A stretch of DNA of 64,000 nt from an uncultured Chloroflexia bacterium (GCA_963707215.1 CAVPPB010000002.1:384001-448000), one strand, 5' to 3'. Numbered from the stretch's first letter, positions 20,232 to 30,196 are shown. Notes: generated by a model not told the origin, from the sequence alone. Translations and numbers: made by a program.

Positions 20232-20399
20232 GGCAGCCTCTCGGGTAGGGTGGTCCCGGCGTCCGCTCGGGAGCGCCATGGGGTGCGCTTGTATGCAGCG
20301 GTATCTTACGGTTCTCCGTACGCTGGGTCAACGGCGCACGGCCGTCATGTCAGCGGCGGGAGTCAGCCCGGCCGCCTCGCCGTACGCATCGAGGACCAC

Positions 20400-21167
20400 G
20401 TGGACCTGGCCGCCCCGATCATCGCGCTGCTCGTGCTCGCGGTCTTCGGTGCGGCCTTCGTCAACGGGATCTTCGGCTTCGGGTTCGCCCTCCTCGCGGT
20501 GGTCGCCCTGGGCATCGCCCTGGGCGCCAAGGAGGGCGTGATCGTCATGAGCCTGCTCACCCCGGTGATGAGCGGGATGCAGCTCTGGCGGTTCCGCGAT
20601 CGGGTCGGGATCTGGTCACGGCTTCGCTGGCTGCTGGCCGGGGCGCTGGTGGGCTCGGTCATCGGCACCCAGCTGCTCGTCGTCCTGCCCGGCTGGGCGA
20701 TCTCGCTGGCCCTCGGCGGCTTCACCGTCTGGTACGTGATCGGCGCCCTGCGACGCGAACGCCCACCCATCCGGGCTGCCGTGGAGCGACGGCTGGCGCC
20801 CGCCGTCGGGCTGGTCGCCGGCATCTCCAACGGGACGATCGGCGCCTCCGGCCCGGTGCTCGGCAGCTACCTCACCGCGATCGGGCTTCGCCGCCAGGAT
20901 TTCGTGGCTGGCATCTCGATCATCTTCTTCGCCATGAGCCTGGCCCGCGTCAGCCTGCTCGGCGCGCTCGGGCAATACACCGTCCCGATCGTCGTCGCGG
21001 CCCTCGTGCTGGTGGTCCCATCATGGGTCGGCCAGCGGACCGGCTTCTGGATGCAGGGCCGGCTCCGGGCGGAGCTCTTCCAGCGGGCCATCCTCGTCGT
21101 CCTCCTGGTGGCCAGCGCGCTGCTGCTGGGCCGTGGGCTGGAGGGACTGCTCCAGGCGCTCTCCTGA
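20400..21167 (+). CDS. TauE/SafE (TSUP) family membrane exporter
   Basis: RBS GAGG then GTG 20400; GIFGFGFAL and GTIGASGP repeats; ~8 TM. Confidence 0.8.
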   Translation: MDLAAPIIALLVLAVFGAAFVNGIFGFGFALLAVVALGIALGAKEGVIVMSLLTPVMSGMQLWRFRDRVGIWSRLRWLLAGALVGSVIGTQLLVVLPGWAISLALGGFTVWYVIGALRRERPPIRAAVERRLAPAVGLVAGISNGTIGASGPVLGSYLTAIGLRRQDFVAGISIIFFAMSLARVSLLGALGQYTVPIVVAALVLVVPSWVGQRTGFWMQGRLRAELFQRAILVVLLVASALLLGRGLEGLLQALS

Positions 21168-21230
21168 CCGGCTGGCGTCGGGTGATCCGTGACGGTCCAG
21201 GCTGACGTCCAGGCTCCGGCCAGGTCTGGT

Positions 21231-21929
21231 CTATCGAGACGAGCCGGCGGCCGACCGCAGGTAGTCGAGGACCTCCTCGAGGGGCACGACGTCGGCGTAC
21301 TTCTGGTCGATGTCGAAGAGGTTGATCGCGTGCGAGGCCTCGTCTCGGTCGAACACGCAGGGCTCGGGCACGACGACCTTGTACCGATAGGCCTTGGCGT
21401 CGACGACCGTCGCCCGGACGCAGCCGCTGGTCGATTCGCCGGCCACGACCACCGTGTCGACGCCCAGCCCGGTGAGCAGCCCGGCCAGCGGCGTGCCCCA
21501 GAACGCGCTCGGCGCGGTCTTGCGGAGGACCACCTCGCCGTCGATCGGAGCGACCTCGTCGACGATCTCGTAGCGGCGTCGCCGGCGGTCGCGGGCCTCG
21601 GGCGAGTCGTCGCCGGGGCCACGCGGATCGCGCCAGCCAGGCATCCCCTCGAGGCCGGTCACGTGGATCACCGGGAGCGCCAGCTCGCGGGTCGTCTCGA
21701 GCAGCCGGGCGATGTGGGGGAGTGCCTCCCAGCCGGCCAGGCCGCACGACCCGGGCCAGGTCGCCAGCGTCTCCAGGAGTGGCTCGGGACGGTCTCCGAA
21801 GACCCACCGGTACAGGTCGACCAGCAGCAGGGCCGGTCGTTGGCCGGTGCCCTTCCTGACCGCCGGCTGGGCCGCCAGCCTGGCGCGGTCCTGGTCCGTC
21901 AGGAAGCGGTCCCAGGGTCGCTCGGTCAT
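21231..21929 (-). CDS. Isochorismatase-family cysteine hydrolase (maleamate amidohydrolase NicF / N-carbamoylsarcosine amidase-like)
   Basis: D-K-C triad: LLVD, KTAPSAFWGT, STSGCVRATVVDA; C-terminal KYADV. Confidence 0.85.
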   Translation of the reverse strand: MTERPWDRFLTDQDRARLAAQPAVRKGTGQRPALLLVDLYRWVFGDRPEPLLETLATWPGSCGLAGWEALPHIARLLETTRELALPVIHVTGLEGMPGWRDPRGPGDDSPEARDRRRRRYEIVDEVAPIDGEVVLRKTAPSAFWGTPLAGLLTGLGVDTVVVAGESTSGCVRATVVDAKAYRYKVVVPEPCVFDRDEASHAINLFDIDQKYADVVPLEEVLDYLRSAAGSSR

Positions 21930-22114
21930 CGTCGGGATCCTCCGTCTGCTGGGTCACGGTCCCGGCGCAGCGCCGCTCCGGGCCTCGCACACGCTTGCAT
22001 ACCGTGGTCGCCATCGTAGCATCGCGATGCCCTTGGTCGGCCCCGTCGACCGTGCTACCTTGCCTCCTGCATGCATGCGTGGACAGGAGTCCGCCGGATC
22101 GCCGGGGTGGTCTG

Positions 22115-22993
22115 GTGACGACGACCCAGAGCCCCGGGGCCCGGCTCCGGGCGCTGCTCGAGCGGCCCGGGATCCTGCTGCTGCCCGGCACGGCCGACGC
22201 CCTCATGGCCCGGGTCGCGGTGGCGGCCGGATTCGAGGCCGTGTATGCGACCGGTGCCGGCATCGCCAACACCCTGCTTGGTCGGCCCGACGTCGGGCTG
22301 GTGACGTTGACCGAGCTGGCCGATCAGGTCGCCCGCATCTGCGATGTCGTCGAGGTCCCCGTCCTGGTCGACATCGACACCGGCTTCGGGAATGCCCTCA
22401 ACGCCCGACGGGCCGTCCGGGCGGTGGAGCGGGCCGGCGCCGCAGGCATCCAGATCGAGGACCAGACGTTCCCCAAGCGCTGCGGGCACTTCGCCGGCAA
22501 GGAGGTGGTCCCGCCGGCGGCGATGCTGGCAAAGCTGCGGGCCGTCCTGGACGCCAGGGCCGACCCGGCCCTGGTCGTCGTGGCCCGGACGGATGCCCTC
22601 GCGGTCGAGGGCTTCGAGGCGTCGATCGATCGGGCGCTCGCGTTCGTCGAGGCCGGCGCCGACGTCGTCTTCGTCGAGGCGCCGACGACGCGCGAGCAGC
22701 TGGCCGAGCTCCCTCGGCGCATCCCGGCGCCGCTCCTGGTCAACGTCGTCGAGGGCGGGCGCACGCCGGTCCTGCCGGCCTCGGAGCTCGAGGCCCTCGG
22801 CTACCGGATCGCCCTCTTCGCCAACACCGCCCTTCGGCTGGCGACCCGGGCCGCCCTCGACGGGCTGCGCGAGCTCCGGGCGACCGGCGACCCCGATCGC
22901 CTGGCCGACCGGGTCCTCGGCTGGGATGACCGTCAGGCGCTCGTCGGGCTGCCGGAGATCGAGGCCCTGGAGGCGCGCTACCCCGATGGCTGA
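22115..22993 (+). CDS. Isocitrate lyase/PEP mutase family lyase (PrpB / 2,3-dimethylmalate lyase-like)
   Basis: DIDTGFG, IEDQTFPKRCGH, ARTDA, GADVVFVEAP. Start GTG 22115. Confidence 0.88.
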   Translation: MTTTQSPGARLRALLERPGILLLPGTADALMARVAVAAGFEAVYATGAGIANTLLGRPDVGLVTLTELADQVARICDVVEVPVLVDIDTGFGNALNARRAVRAVERAGAAGIQIEDQTFPKRCGHFAGKEVVPPAAMLAKLRAVLDARADPALVVVARTDALAVEGFEASIDRALAFVEAGADVVFVEAPTTREQLAELPRRIPAPLLVNVVEGGRTPVLPASELEALGYRIALFANTALRLATRAALDGLRELRATGDPDRLADRVLGWDDRQALVGLPEIEALEARYPDG

Positions 22994-23020
22994 GTCAACA
23001 CGCCGCTTGGAGGGTCCCCG

Positions 23021-24193
23021 ATGACCGACGTCGTTCCTGTCCCCTGCTCCATCCTCCGGGGCGGCACCAGCAAGGGCGTCTTCTTCCGCCACGATGCGCT
23101 GCCGACCGACCGAGCTGCCATCGAGCGGATCCTGCTCGACGTCTTCGGCAGCCCGGACGTCCGCCAGATCGACGGTCTCGGCGGGGCGACGTCGCAGACG
23201 AGCAAGGCGGCGATCGTCGGGCCACCCAGCCGGCCCGACGCCGACATCGATTACACCTTCGCCCAGGTCTCGGTCGTCGACGCGCTGGTCGACTGGGGTG
23301 GCAACTGCGGCAACATCTCGTCGGCCGTCGGGCCGTTCGCCATCGACGAGGGCTTCGTCGCGGCGACCGGGGACAGCACCGTGGTCCGGATCCACAACAC
23401 CAACACGGACAAGATCATCGTGGCCCACGTGCCGACCGACGACGGCCGGGCTCGGGTGGTCGGCGACCTGGCCATCCCCGGCGTTCCGGGGACCGCTCCC
23501 CGGATCCTGCTCGAGTTCACCGATCCGGCCGGCTCGGTGACCGGCCGCCTGCTGCCGACCGGCCGGCCCCGCGACGAGGTGGAGCTGGCCGACGGACGCC
23601 TGCTCGAGGTCTCCGTCGTGGACGCCGCCAACCCGGTCGTCTTCCTGCGGGCGAGCGACCTGGGCTTCGCCGGCACGGAGCTGCCGGCCGAGATCGAGGC
23701 CCGGACGGATGCGACGGCACGGCTCGAGGAGGTCCGTGGGATCGTGGCCGAGTGGCTCGGCATCGTCGACGACCGGAGCGAGGCGACGCGCCGCTCGCCA
23801 GGCCTGCCCAAGGTCGGCTTCGTGGCCCCGCCGGCCGACTACCGGACCACCGAGGGCTCGGACCTGTCTGCCGGGGCGCTGGACGTCGTCGGTCGACTCA
23901 TGTCCATGCAGACGGCCCACCGCTCGTACATGGCGACCGGGGCCATCGCCACGGCGGCAGCCGCCGTCGTTTCGGGGACGCTGGTCCACGAGGCGGCCCG
24001 CCCGGTCGCCCAGCGGCCCGAGCACGATGGCCTGCGGATCGGGCACCCCTATGGGGTCATGGGCACCGTGATCCGCGCCGACGTGACGACCGACCCGCCG
24101 ACGATCCACGGGGTGGCGGTGGCGCGGACGGCCCGTCACATCCTCGACGGGACGGTCTGGGTCCGCCGTCGAGCCGTCGAGGGCGGGGCCTAG
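23021..24193 (+). CDS. PrpF/FldA-family isomerase (2-methylaconitate or 3-methylitaconate isomerase-like)
   Basis: RGGTSKG, RQIDGLGG..SQTSK, GNCGNISSAVGPFA, RTAR. Confidence 0.92.
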   Translation: MTDVVPVPCSILRGGTSKGVFFRHDALPTDRAAIERILLDVFGSPDVRQIDGLGGATSQTSKAAIVGPPSRPDADIDYTFAQVSVVDALVDWGGNCGNISSAVGPFAIDEGFVAATGDSTVVRIHNTNTDKIIVAHVPTDDGRARVVGDLAIPGVPGTAPRILLEFTDPAGSVTGRLLPTGRPRDEVELADGRLLEVSVVDAANPVVFLRASDLGFAGTELPAEIEARTDATARLEEVRGIVAEWLGIVDDRSEATRRSPGLPKVGFVAPPADYRTTEGSDLSAGALDVVGRLMSMQTAHRSYMATGAIATAAAAVVSGTLVHEAARPVAQRPEHDGLRIGHPYGVMGTVIRADVTTDPPTIHGVAVARTARHILDGTVWVRRRAVEGGA

Positions 24194-25191
24194 TAGCGGT
24201 CGAACATCCCCTGGATCCGGTCGGGGTCGCTGGTCGCCGCGAGGCCCAGCCTCAGCAGGATCCGTGCCTTCCACGGCTGGAGGTTGTCGGAGGCGACCCA
24301 GCCCTTGCGGATCAGCCCAGGGCTGCGCACCGCCCGGCCGGACCCGACCCGGGTGCCCTGGCAGACGAGCACCCCGGCCGCGGCGGCGCGGTCCAGCGCG
24401 GCGATCTCATCGGGCGTCGGCCGGCCAGCCCCTGTCCCGGCGCTGACGATGCCCCGTGCTCCCGCCGCGACCGCCGCGTCGATCATCGTCCCGTCGGCCC
24501 CGAGGTACGAGACGACGATGTCCACCCGGGGCAGCTCGCCCAGGGTCTCGAGGTCGAACTCCGTGGCGGTCGTGTGGGGTCGCGCCGGGGCGTGGTAGAA
24601 GACCACCCGGCCATCGTTGTCGGCGTAGCCGAGCGGCCCGAGGTCTCGGGCCTGGAACGTCTCGACCCGGTAGGTGGCGGTCTTGGTCACGTCGCGGGCG
24701 CCGAGGATCGTGTCATTCAGGACGACGAGCACGCCCATGCCCCGAGAGGCCGGGTCGGCCGCGACCCGGACGCCGTTCAGGAGGTTCAGGTACCCGTCGG
24801 CGCTGACCGCGGACGAGGGTCGCATCGCCCCGACGAGGACGACCGGCCGGTCCGTCTTGAGGGCCAGGTGGAGGAAGTAGGCGGTCTCTTCGAGGGTGTT
24901 GGTGCCGTGGGTGATGACGACGCCGTCGGCGCGATCCTCCTCGAAGAGCCCGTGGATGGTGCGGACGAGCTCGACGAGGTCGCCGTCCTTGATCGCCTGG
25001 CTCGGCAGCCGCCGGAACGGGATCTCCTCGACCGTCGCGATGTCGGCGAGCTCCGGGACCCGGGCCACCAGTTCGCCGTCGGCCAGCCGCTGGTTCGCCT
25101 CCAGGTACCAGGCCAGGTCCAGCCGGTCCGTCCCGACCGAATCGATCGTGCCTCCCGTGAGGATCAGCGCCACCCGCGCCCTTCCGTCCAT
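24190..25191 (-). CDS. L-asparaginase/glutaminase family protein (no signal peptide)
   Basis: TGGTI, HGTNTLEETAY, GAMRP, DG..NL, KARILL. Confidence 0.88.
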   Translation of the reverse strand: MDGRARVALILTGGTIDSVGTDRLDLAWYLEANQRLADGELVARVPELADIATVEEIPFRRLPSQAIKDGDLVELVRTIHGLFEEDRADGVVITHGTNTLEETAYFLHLALKTDRPVVLVGAMRPSSAVSADGYLNLLNGVRVAADPASRGMGVLVVLNDTILGARDVTKTATYRVETFQARDLGPLGYADNDGRVVFYHAPARPHTTATEFDLETLGELPRVDIVVSYLGADGTMIDAAVAAGARGIVSAGTGAGRPTPDEIAALDRAAAAGVLVCQGTRVGSGRAVRSPGLIRKGWVASDNLQPWKARILLRLGLAATSDPDRIQGMFDRY

Positions 25192-25195
25192 CCGC

Positions 25196-26515
25196 TCACC
25201 TCCGCTCGTCGGTCCGTGTCCGGGACGCGAGCTCCCGGTCACTGTCGACAATGGTATCCCGTCGCGCTCCGTTGCCCGGCGGATCATCCGCTGATCGGCT
25301 GGTGGCCCACTGGATCCCGACGATCGCGACCGCCGCCAGCACGACGACGGCGATCGCCGGGAACGCGACAGCGAAGCCGGCTCGCTCGATCAGGAGACCG
25401 GCCGCGAGCGGGCCGATGACCAGGGCCAGGTCGGCCACGAAGCGATTCCGACCGACTGCCCGACCCAGCCCGGCGACGCCGAGGTGGTCTCCCAGCAGCG
25501 CCAGCGGCACCCCGTTGCCGACGCGCCCCATGGCGAGCAGCGAGGTCACCAGGACGAACCCGGCCAGGGCATCGACGGCCGGGAAGGCCACAAGGGCCAC
25601 CGCGCAGGACAGCAGCCCCGGGACCAGGATCCGGCGTCGGCCGTAGCGGTCGGACAGCTCGGATCCGACCAGGCTGATGGCGAAGCGGAGGAGCGTCGCG
25701 AACCCCAGGACCATGCCGATGACCGCCGGGCCGAGCCCGATGGCGGTGCCGGCGAACAGGGGTACGGCCGTCTGGACGGCGGCACCGGTGACGAAGAAGA
25801 GGGCGAAGGTCGACCCGTCCACCGCCGCGACGAGCGATCGGCTCGGGCGTACCGGGTCCCCGGACGACTCGGCGCGGTCGCCGACGGGTGACGATCGGCC
25901 GGCGGCGGATGCCGCCGCGGCAGGCGGTCGCCCGGACGCGGCCCGGCCCTCCGACACGACGAAGAACAGCGCCCCGGACAGCGACAGGCCCGCCGCCACC
26001 ATGAAGGCCGCCTGCCAGCCCCACACCGCACTGGCGATCCCGGCGACGGCAGGACTCAGGGTCGACCCTGCCTGGAGCGAGGCGTTGTACAGGCCGAGGG
26101 TGCGTCCCCGGTGGCGGGGATCCGTCGCGGCCATCAGGCTGATGACCGCGGCAACGGCCATCAGCGCGGAACCGACCCCGGCTACCGCCTGGCCGACCAG
26201 CAGCACGATGAACGTCGGGGCCAGGGCGGACCCGAGCGAGCCGACCGCCGCCAGGAGCGCCCCGCTCACCAGCATCCGCGCAGGTCGGATGCGCTCCGTC
26301 AGGACCCCACCGGGGAGGTCGGTGAGCAGCCGGGCGAGGCCCCAGGTCGTCGTCGTGAGGGCCACCATCACGGCGGAGATGCCGAACGCCGACTGGAGCT
26401 CGGGGAGGATCGGCAGGGCGGCGGCCGAGCTGGCCTGGGCCAGGAGGACGGCCCCATAGATGGGGATGGACCGTCCGTCGAGCCGCGGCCGGGTGGTCGG
26501 TTCGTCGGACCCCAT
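25196..26515 (-). CDS. MFS transporter
   Basis: 12 TM, SDRYGRR motif, RGRTLG loop. Confidence 0.85.
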   Translation of the reverse strand: MGSDEPTTRPRLDGRSIPIYGAVLLAQASSAAALPILPELQSAFGISAVMVALTTTTWGLARLLTDLPGGVLTERIRPARMLVSGALLAAVGSLGSALAPTFIVLLVGQAVAGVGSALMAVAAVISLMAATDPRHRGRTLGLYNASLQAGSTLSPAVAGIASAVWGWQAAFMVAAGLSLSGALFFVVSEGRAASGRPPAAAASAAGRSSPVGDRAESSGDPVRPSRSLVAAVDGSTFALFFVTGAAVQTAVPLFAGTAIGLGPAVIGMVLGFATLLRFAISLVGSELSDRYGRRRILVPGLLSCAVALVAFPAVDALAGFVLVTSLLAMGRVGNGVPLALLGDHLGVAGLGRAVGRNRFVADLALVIGPLAAGLLIERAGFAVAFPAIAVVVLAAVAIVGIQWATSRSADDPPGNGARRDTIVDSDRELASRTRTDERR

Positions 26516-26532
26516 CGGCCGCAGCGGCCGGT

Positions 26533-27249
26533 CTAGCGGAGCGCCGTCTCGGCGTACTCCTGGAGTTGCATCCGGACCACGTACTCGCGCGCCGCCATCA
26601 GGTGCCCCTTCGAAGCCCGCTCAGCCGCCTCGGGATCGTGGTTCTCGAGCGCCTCGAGGATCGCCAGGTGCTCGTCGAGGACATGGTGGACCCGGTCCGG
26701 GCTGGCGAACGGCAGGGTGCTGAAGCGACGCACGAAGTCGCGCAGATCACGGGCGACCCTGGCCAGCATCCGGTTCCCCGCGGCGCCGTAGATGACGTCG
26801 TGGAACCGCGCGTTGGCGAGGATGATCTGCTCGCGTCGGTCGGTCTCGGTCGCCTCGCGCATCGATTCGACGATGAGGTGCAGCCGAGCGAGCTCGGATG
26901 GGGTGATGCGGTGGGCCGCCAACCGGGCCGCCAGGGAGTCCAGGGCCTCGCGGAGGATGAAGACGTCCTCGATCTCGCTGGGCTCCGGGGCGTGGACGAC
27001 GATCCCGCGGGCCGGGTCGGCAAGGACGAGGTTCTCCGCCGCCAGCCGCTTCAGCGCCTCGCGGACCGGAGTCCGGCTGACCCCGAACTCGGCGGCGATC
27101 GACAGCTCGATGAGCCGGGTGTCCGGCGCGAGCTCGCCGGAGATGATCCGCTCCTTCAGCTTCCGGTAGACCAGCTCGCTGCTGGGCAGGCCGTCGCTGC
27201 CGGAACGGGGGGCGCGGGTCGATCTGGCGGTGCTTGTCGTCTTCGGCAT
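26533..27249 (-). CDS. GntR-family (FadR/FCD) transcriptional regulator
   Basis: wHTH FGVSRTPVREAL; FCD NARFH..GN..DEH. Start ATG 27249. Confidence 0.92.
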   Translation of the reverse strand: MPKTTSTARSTRAPRSGSDGLPSSELVYRKLKERIISGELAPDTRLIELSIAAEFGVSRTPVREALKRLAAENLVLADPARGIVVHAPEPSEIEDVFILREALDSLAARLAAHRITPSELARLHLIVESMREATETDRREQIILANARFHDVIYGAAGNRMLARVARDLRDFVRRFSTLPFASPDRVHHVLDEHLAILEALENHDPEAAERASKGHLMAAREYVVRMQLQEYAETALR

Positions 27250-27346
27250 CTCATCGCATACAACTGCGTTCGCGCGAGTATAGGGAACGTGGGGTCGGAG
27301 TGCCAGCCCGATTTGGCCATGGCATCGCGCGGTCGTCGTTCCTGCA

Positions 27347-27387
27347 TTGACCGGGCATCGGTGCACCTTTAGAATGCCGCGGCATAC
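27347..27387 (+). promoter_or_regulatory. Sigma70-type promoter TTGACC-N17-TAGAAT with overlapping operator GAATGCCGCGGCATAC
   Basis: -35 at 27347-27352 and -10 at 27370-27375; same TAGAATGCCG context as 11241. Confidence 0.7.
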
Positions 27388-27480
27388 AGTCGCGCTCCAT
27401 CGTTGCGACCGCGCCACCGGAGATCGACCTAGATGCTCCGGCACAGGCGGGCGATGGAGAGCAGCTTGGAGGAGGCATTC

Positions 27481-28557
27481 ATGCGGCGAATCCTGACCCA
27501 CCGATGGCTCGCCATCGCCGCCGCCGGGGCGATCGCCCTCGCGGCGTGCTCATCGGGGGCGACCCCATCGCCGGAGCCCTCCGAGGCCCCGGCCTCGGGG
27601 GCGCCTTCCGAGGCTCCGTCGCCGACACCGACGGAGATGCCCGGTACGAAGGAATTCAAGGTCGGCTTCACGTCGATCGGCTTCTCCAGCACGCCGTTCC
27701 TGGCCGCCCTGGACAGCCTGCGTGACCAGGGCTACACGATCGACACACCGGAGCTGGCCGAGTCCGAGCTCGTCACCGCCGGCACCGCCGCGGGCGACTT
27801 CGCCTTCGGATCGGGCGCCAACAACAGCGTCATGAACGCGATCTCGCAGGGGGCCAATCTCAAGGTCAACGTCGCCCGGGTCGCCAACGAATGGACCCTG
27901 TACGCGCGCAACGACATCACCGAGTGCGCGGGGCTTGCCGGCCGCAAGCTGGCCATCCACAGCGAGGGCGCCGTCAGCACGGCGATGGTCAAGAACTACA
28001 TCGAGGAGAACTGCCCGGGCACCGAGCCCGAGTACGTCGTCATCCCCGGCTCCGAGAACCGGTTGGCGGCACTCCTGGCCGATCAGATCGACGCCAGCCC
28101 GCTCGAGCTGGGTGACTCCCTCGTCGTCGACAACGAGGCCTCGGATCGGTTCAGCCTGCTGGCCAGCTTCGCCGAGGACCTGCCGAGCCTCCAGACCACG
28201 TCCGTGTACGTCAGCGGCGACTTCGCCGAGGAGAACCCGGGCACCGTCTACGCGGTGGTCAAGGCCGTCATCGAGCAGTTCCGCCTGGTCGCCGACGATC
28301 CAGCGTACCTGGCCGAGATCGCCGTCAAGTACGCGCCCGATTCCGTCGATGCCGCCACCGTCGACGAGATCGCCCAGAAGTACGTGGACCTCAAGATGTT
28401 CCCGGTCAACGGTGGCCTGAACGACGACAACCTCACCTACACGGCCGAGTTCTTCGGGCCGGACGGGACCGGCAGCGTCGATCGCGTCCTCGAGCTCGAC
28501 GAGTTCTCGGACCTGTCGTTCCTCAAGGAAGTCCTGAATGAGCTCGGCGTCCAGTAG
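27481..28557 (+). CDS. ABC transporter substrate-binding lipoprotein (SsuA/NMT1/TauA type)
   Basis: RBS GGAGGAGG; lipobox LAAC; LAGRKLAI, RLAALLADQIDA, FAEENP. Confidence 0.85.
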   Translation: MRRILTHRWLAIAAAGAIALAACSSGATPSPEPSEAPASGAPSEAPSPTPTEMPGTKEFKVGFTSIGFSSTPFLAALDSLRDQGYTIDTPELAESELVTAGTAAGDFAFGSGANNSVMNAISQGANLKVNVARVANEWTLYARNDITECAGLAGRKLAIHSEGAVSTAMVKNYIEENCPGTEPEYVVIPGSENRLAALLADQIDASPLELGDSLVVDNEASDRFSLLASFAEDLPSLQTTSVYVSGDFAEENPGTVYAVVKAVIEQFRLVADDPAYLAEIAVKYAPDSVDAATVDEIAQKYVDLKMFPVNGGLNDDNLTYTAEFFGPDGTGSVDRVLELDEFSDLSFLKEVLNELGVQ

Positions 28558-29377
28558 CAGGACGCTGAGCACCGGGGGCGGCTCGGCGAGCCGCCCCCGG
28601 TCTTTCACTGACCGGATCGGAGACTCTGCCTGGACGTGGCGGCTGCTGGTCCTGGCGGTCGTCGCCGTGATCTGGCAGGCCTATGCCGTCGCCGTCGACA
28701 ACCTGCTGATCCCGACGTTCACCGAGACGATCGAGGGCATCGTCACGCTGGTGACGAACCCGGAGACCTACGAGGCCTTCCTCAAGAGCAACCAGGCGCT
28801 GTTCTTCGGGTTCGCCATCTCGCTCGTCCTCGGGATCCTGATGGGGCTCGCCGCGGCCCGCTACCGCAACGTCGAGGGGTTCATCGACCCCTACCTGAAC
28901 ATCCTGCTGGTCACGCCGATGGCCGCCCTGATCCCGATCCTGTTCATGTCCCTGGGGCTGGGGCTCGAGTCCCGCGTGCTGCTGGTGGTCGTCTTCAGCA
29001 TCCCGGTCATCATCGTGAATGCCCGAGCCGGCATCCGCCAGGTCGATCCCGCCCTGATCGAGATGGCGACCAGCTACGGTGCCAACGAGCGCCAGATCTG
29101 GCGCCGGATCCTCCTCCCCGGAGCCCTGCCGGCGATCATGACCGGCGTTCGCCTGGGCGTCGGCCGTGCTGTCACCGGCATGGTCATCGTGGAGCTGCTG
29201 ATGGTCTCCATCGGCATCGGCAACATCATCCTCGAGGCCCGCGGCTTCTTCCGGGCCGGCGAGCTCTACGGCACCGTCGTCCTCGTCGTCATCGAGGCGC
29301 TGATCCTGGTCTCGATCGTCCGCTGGATCGAGCGCCGCCTGGCTCCGTGGGCTCGAGATTCTGCGCTGAGCGAATAG
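28538..29377 (+). CDS. ABC permease (SsuC/TauC type)
   Basis: P(M)AALIP, LIEMATSYGA..ILLPGALP, EL motif. Confidence 0.9.
   Translation: MSSASSSRTLSTGGGSASRPRSFTDRIGDSAWTWRLLVLAVVAVIWQAYAVAVDNLLIPTFTETIEGIVTLVTNPETYEAFLKSNQALFFGFAISLVLGILMGLAAARYRNVEGFIDPYLNILLVTPMAALIPILFMSLGLGLESRVLLVVVFSIPVIIVNARAGIRQVDPALIEMATSYGANERQIWRRILLPGALPAIMTGVRLGVGRAVTGMVIVELLMVSIGIGNIILEARGFFRAGELYGTVVLVVIEALILVSIVRWIERRLAPWARDSALSE
28571..28606 (+). terminator. Terminator-like hairpin directly after the SBP gene, inside the permease 5' end
   Basis: ACCGGGGGCGGCTC-ggc-GAGCCGCCCCCGGT followed by CTTTC. Confidence 0.55.
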
Positions 29378-29386
29378 GGGACTGCG

Positions 29387-30196
29387 ATGATCGAGATCAA
29401 GGGCCTGACGAAGGTCTTCCCCGCGAAGGGGAAGGACGCACCGGTCGAGGCCCTCCGCGACGTGGACCTGACGGTCGAGGACAGCGAGTTCCTGACGATC
29501 CTGGGGCCGTCCGGCTGCGGCAAGACGACGCTCCTGCGGATCATCGCCGGGCTGATCCCCTATGACGACGGCCAGGTCCTCGTGGACGGCAACCGGATCA
29601 CCGGGCCGGGACCCGAGCGGGCCATGGTCTTCCAGAGTTTCGCTCTGATGCCCTGGGCGGACATCCTGACCAACGTCGCCTTCGGCCTCGAGCTTCGCGG
29701 CTCGTCCAAGTCGGTCCGCGAGGCCAAGGCAGAGGAGCTGGTCCAGATGGTCGGCCTCAGGGGCTTCGAGCGACGGCTCCCGGGCGAGCTCTCTGGCGGC
29801 ATGCAGCAGCGCGTCGGACTCGCTCGAGCGCTGGCCGTGGACCCCGACATCCTGCTGATGGACGAGCCGTTCGGGGCGCTGGACGAGCAGACTCGCCGGC
29901 TCCTCCAGGAAGAGCTGCTGGCGATCTGGGAGGCGACGAACAAGACGGTCATCTTCATCACCCACTCGATGGAGGAGGCGGTCCTGCTGGGCGATCGGGT
30001 CATCCTGATGAGCCCGCGGCCGGGCCGGATCGTCGATACCGTCCACGTTCCCCTGGACCGCCCGCGGGCGTCCGCGGTCGACAGCATCGAGGGCTCGGCC
30101 GAGTTCGCCTCGATCACGGCCGACCTCTGGGCTCGGCTCCGTGAGATGCAGACCTTCCGGCGCAAGACCGACGAGACCGAGGGCACGGCCGCGTGA
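29387..30196 (+). CDS. ABC ATP-binding protein (SsuB/TauB type)
   Basis: GPSGCGKT, LMPW, LSGGMQQR, DEPFGALD, PRPGR. Confidence 0.95.
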   Translation: MIEIKGLTKVFPAKGKDAPVEALRDVDLTVEDSEFLTILGPSGCGKTTLLRIIAGLIPYDDGQVLVDGNRITGPGPERAMVFQSFALMPWADILTNVAFGLELRGSSKSVREAKAEELVQMVGLRGFERRLPGELSGGMQQRVGLARALAVDPDILLMDEPFGALDEQTRRLLQEELLAIWEATNKTVIFITHSMEEAVLLGDRVILMSPRPGRIVDTVHVPLDRPRASAVDSIEGSAEFASITADLWARLREMQTFRRKTDETEGTAA

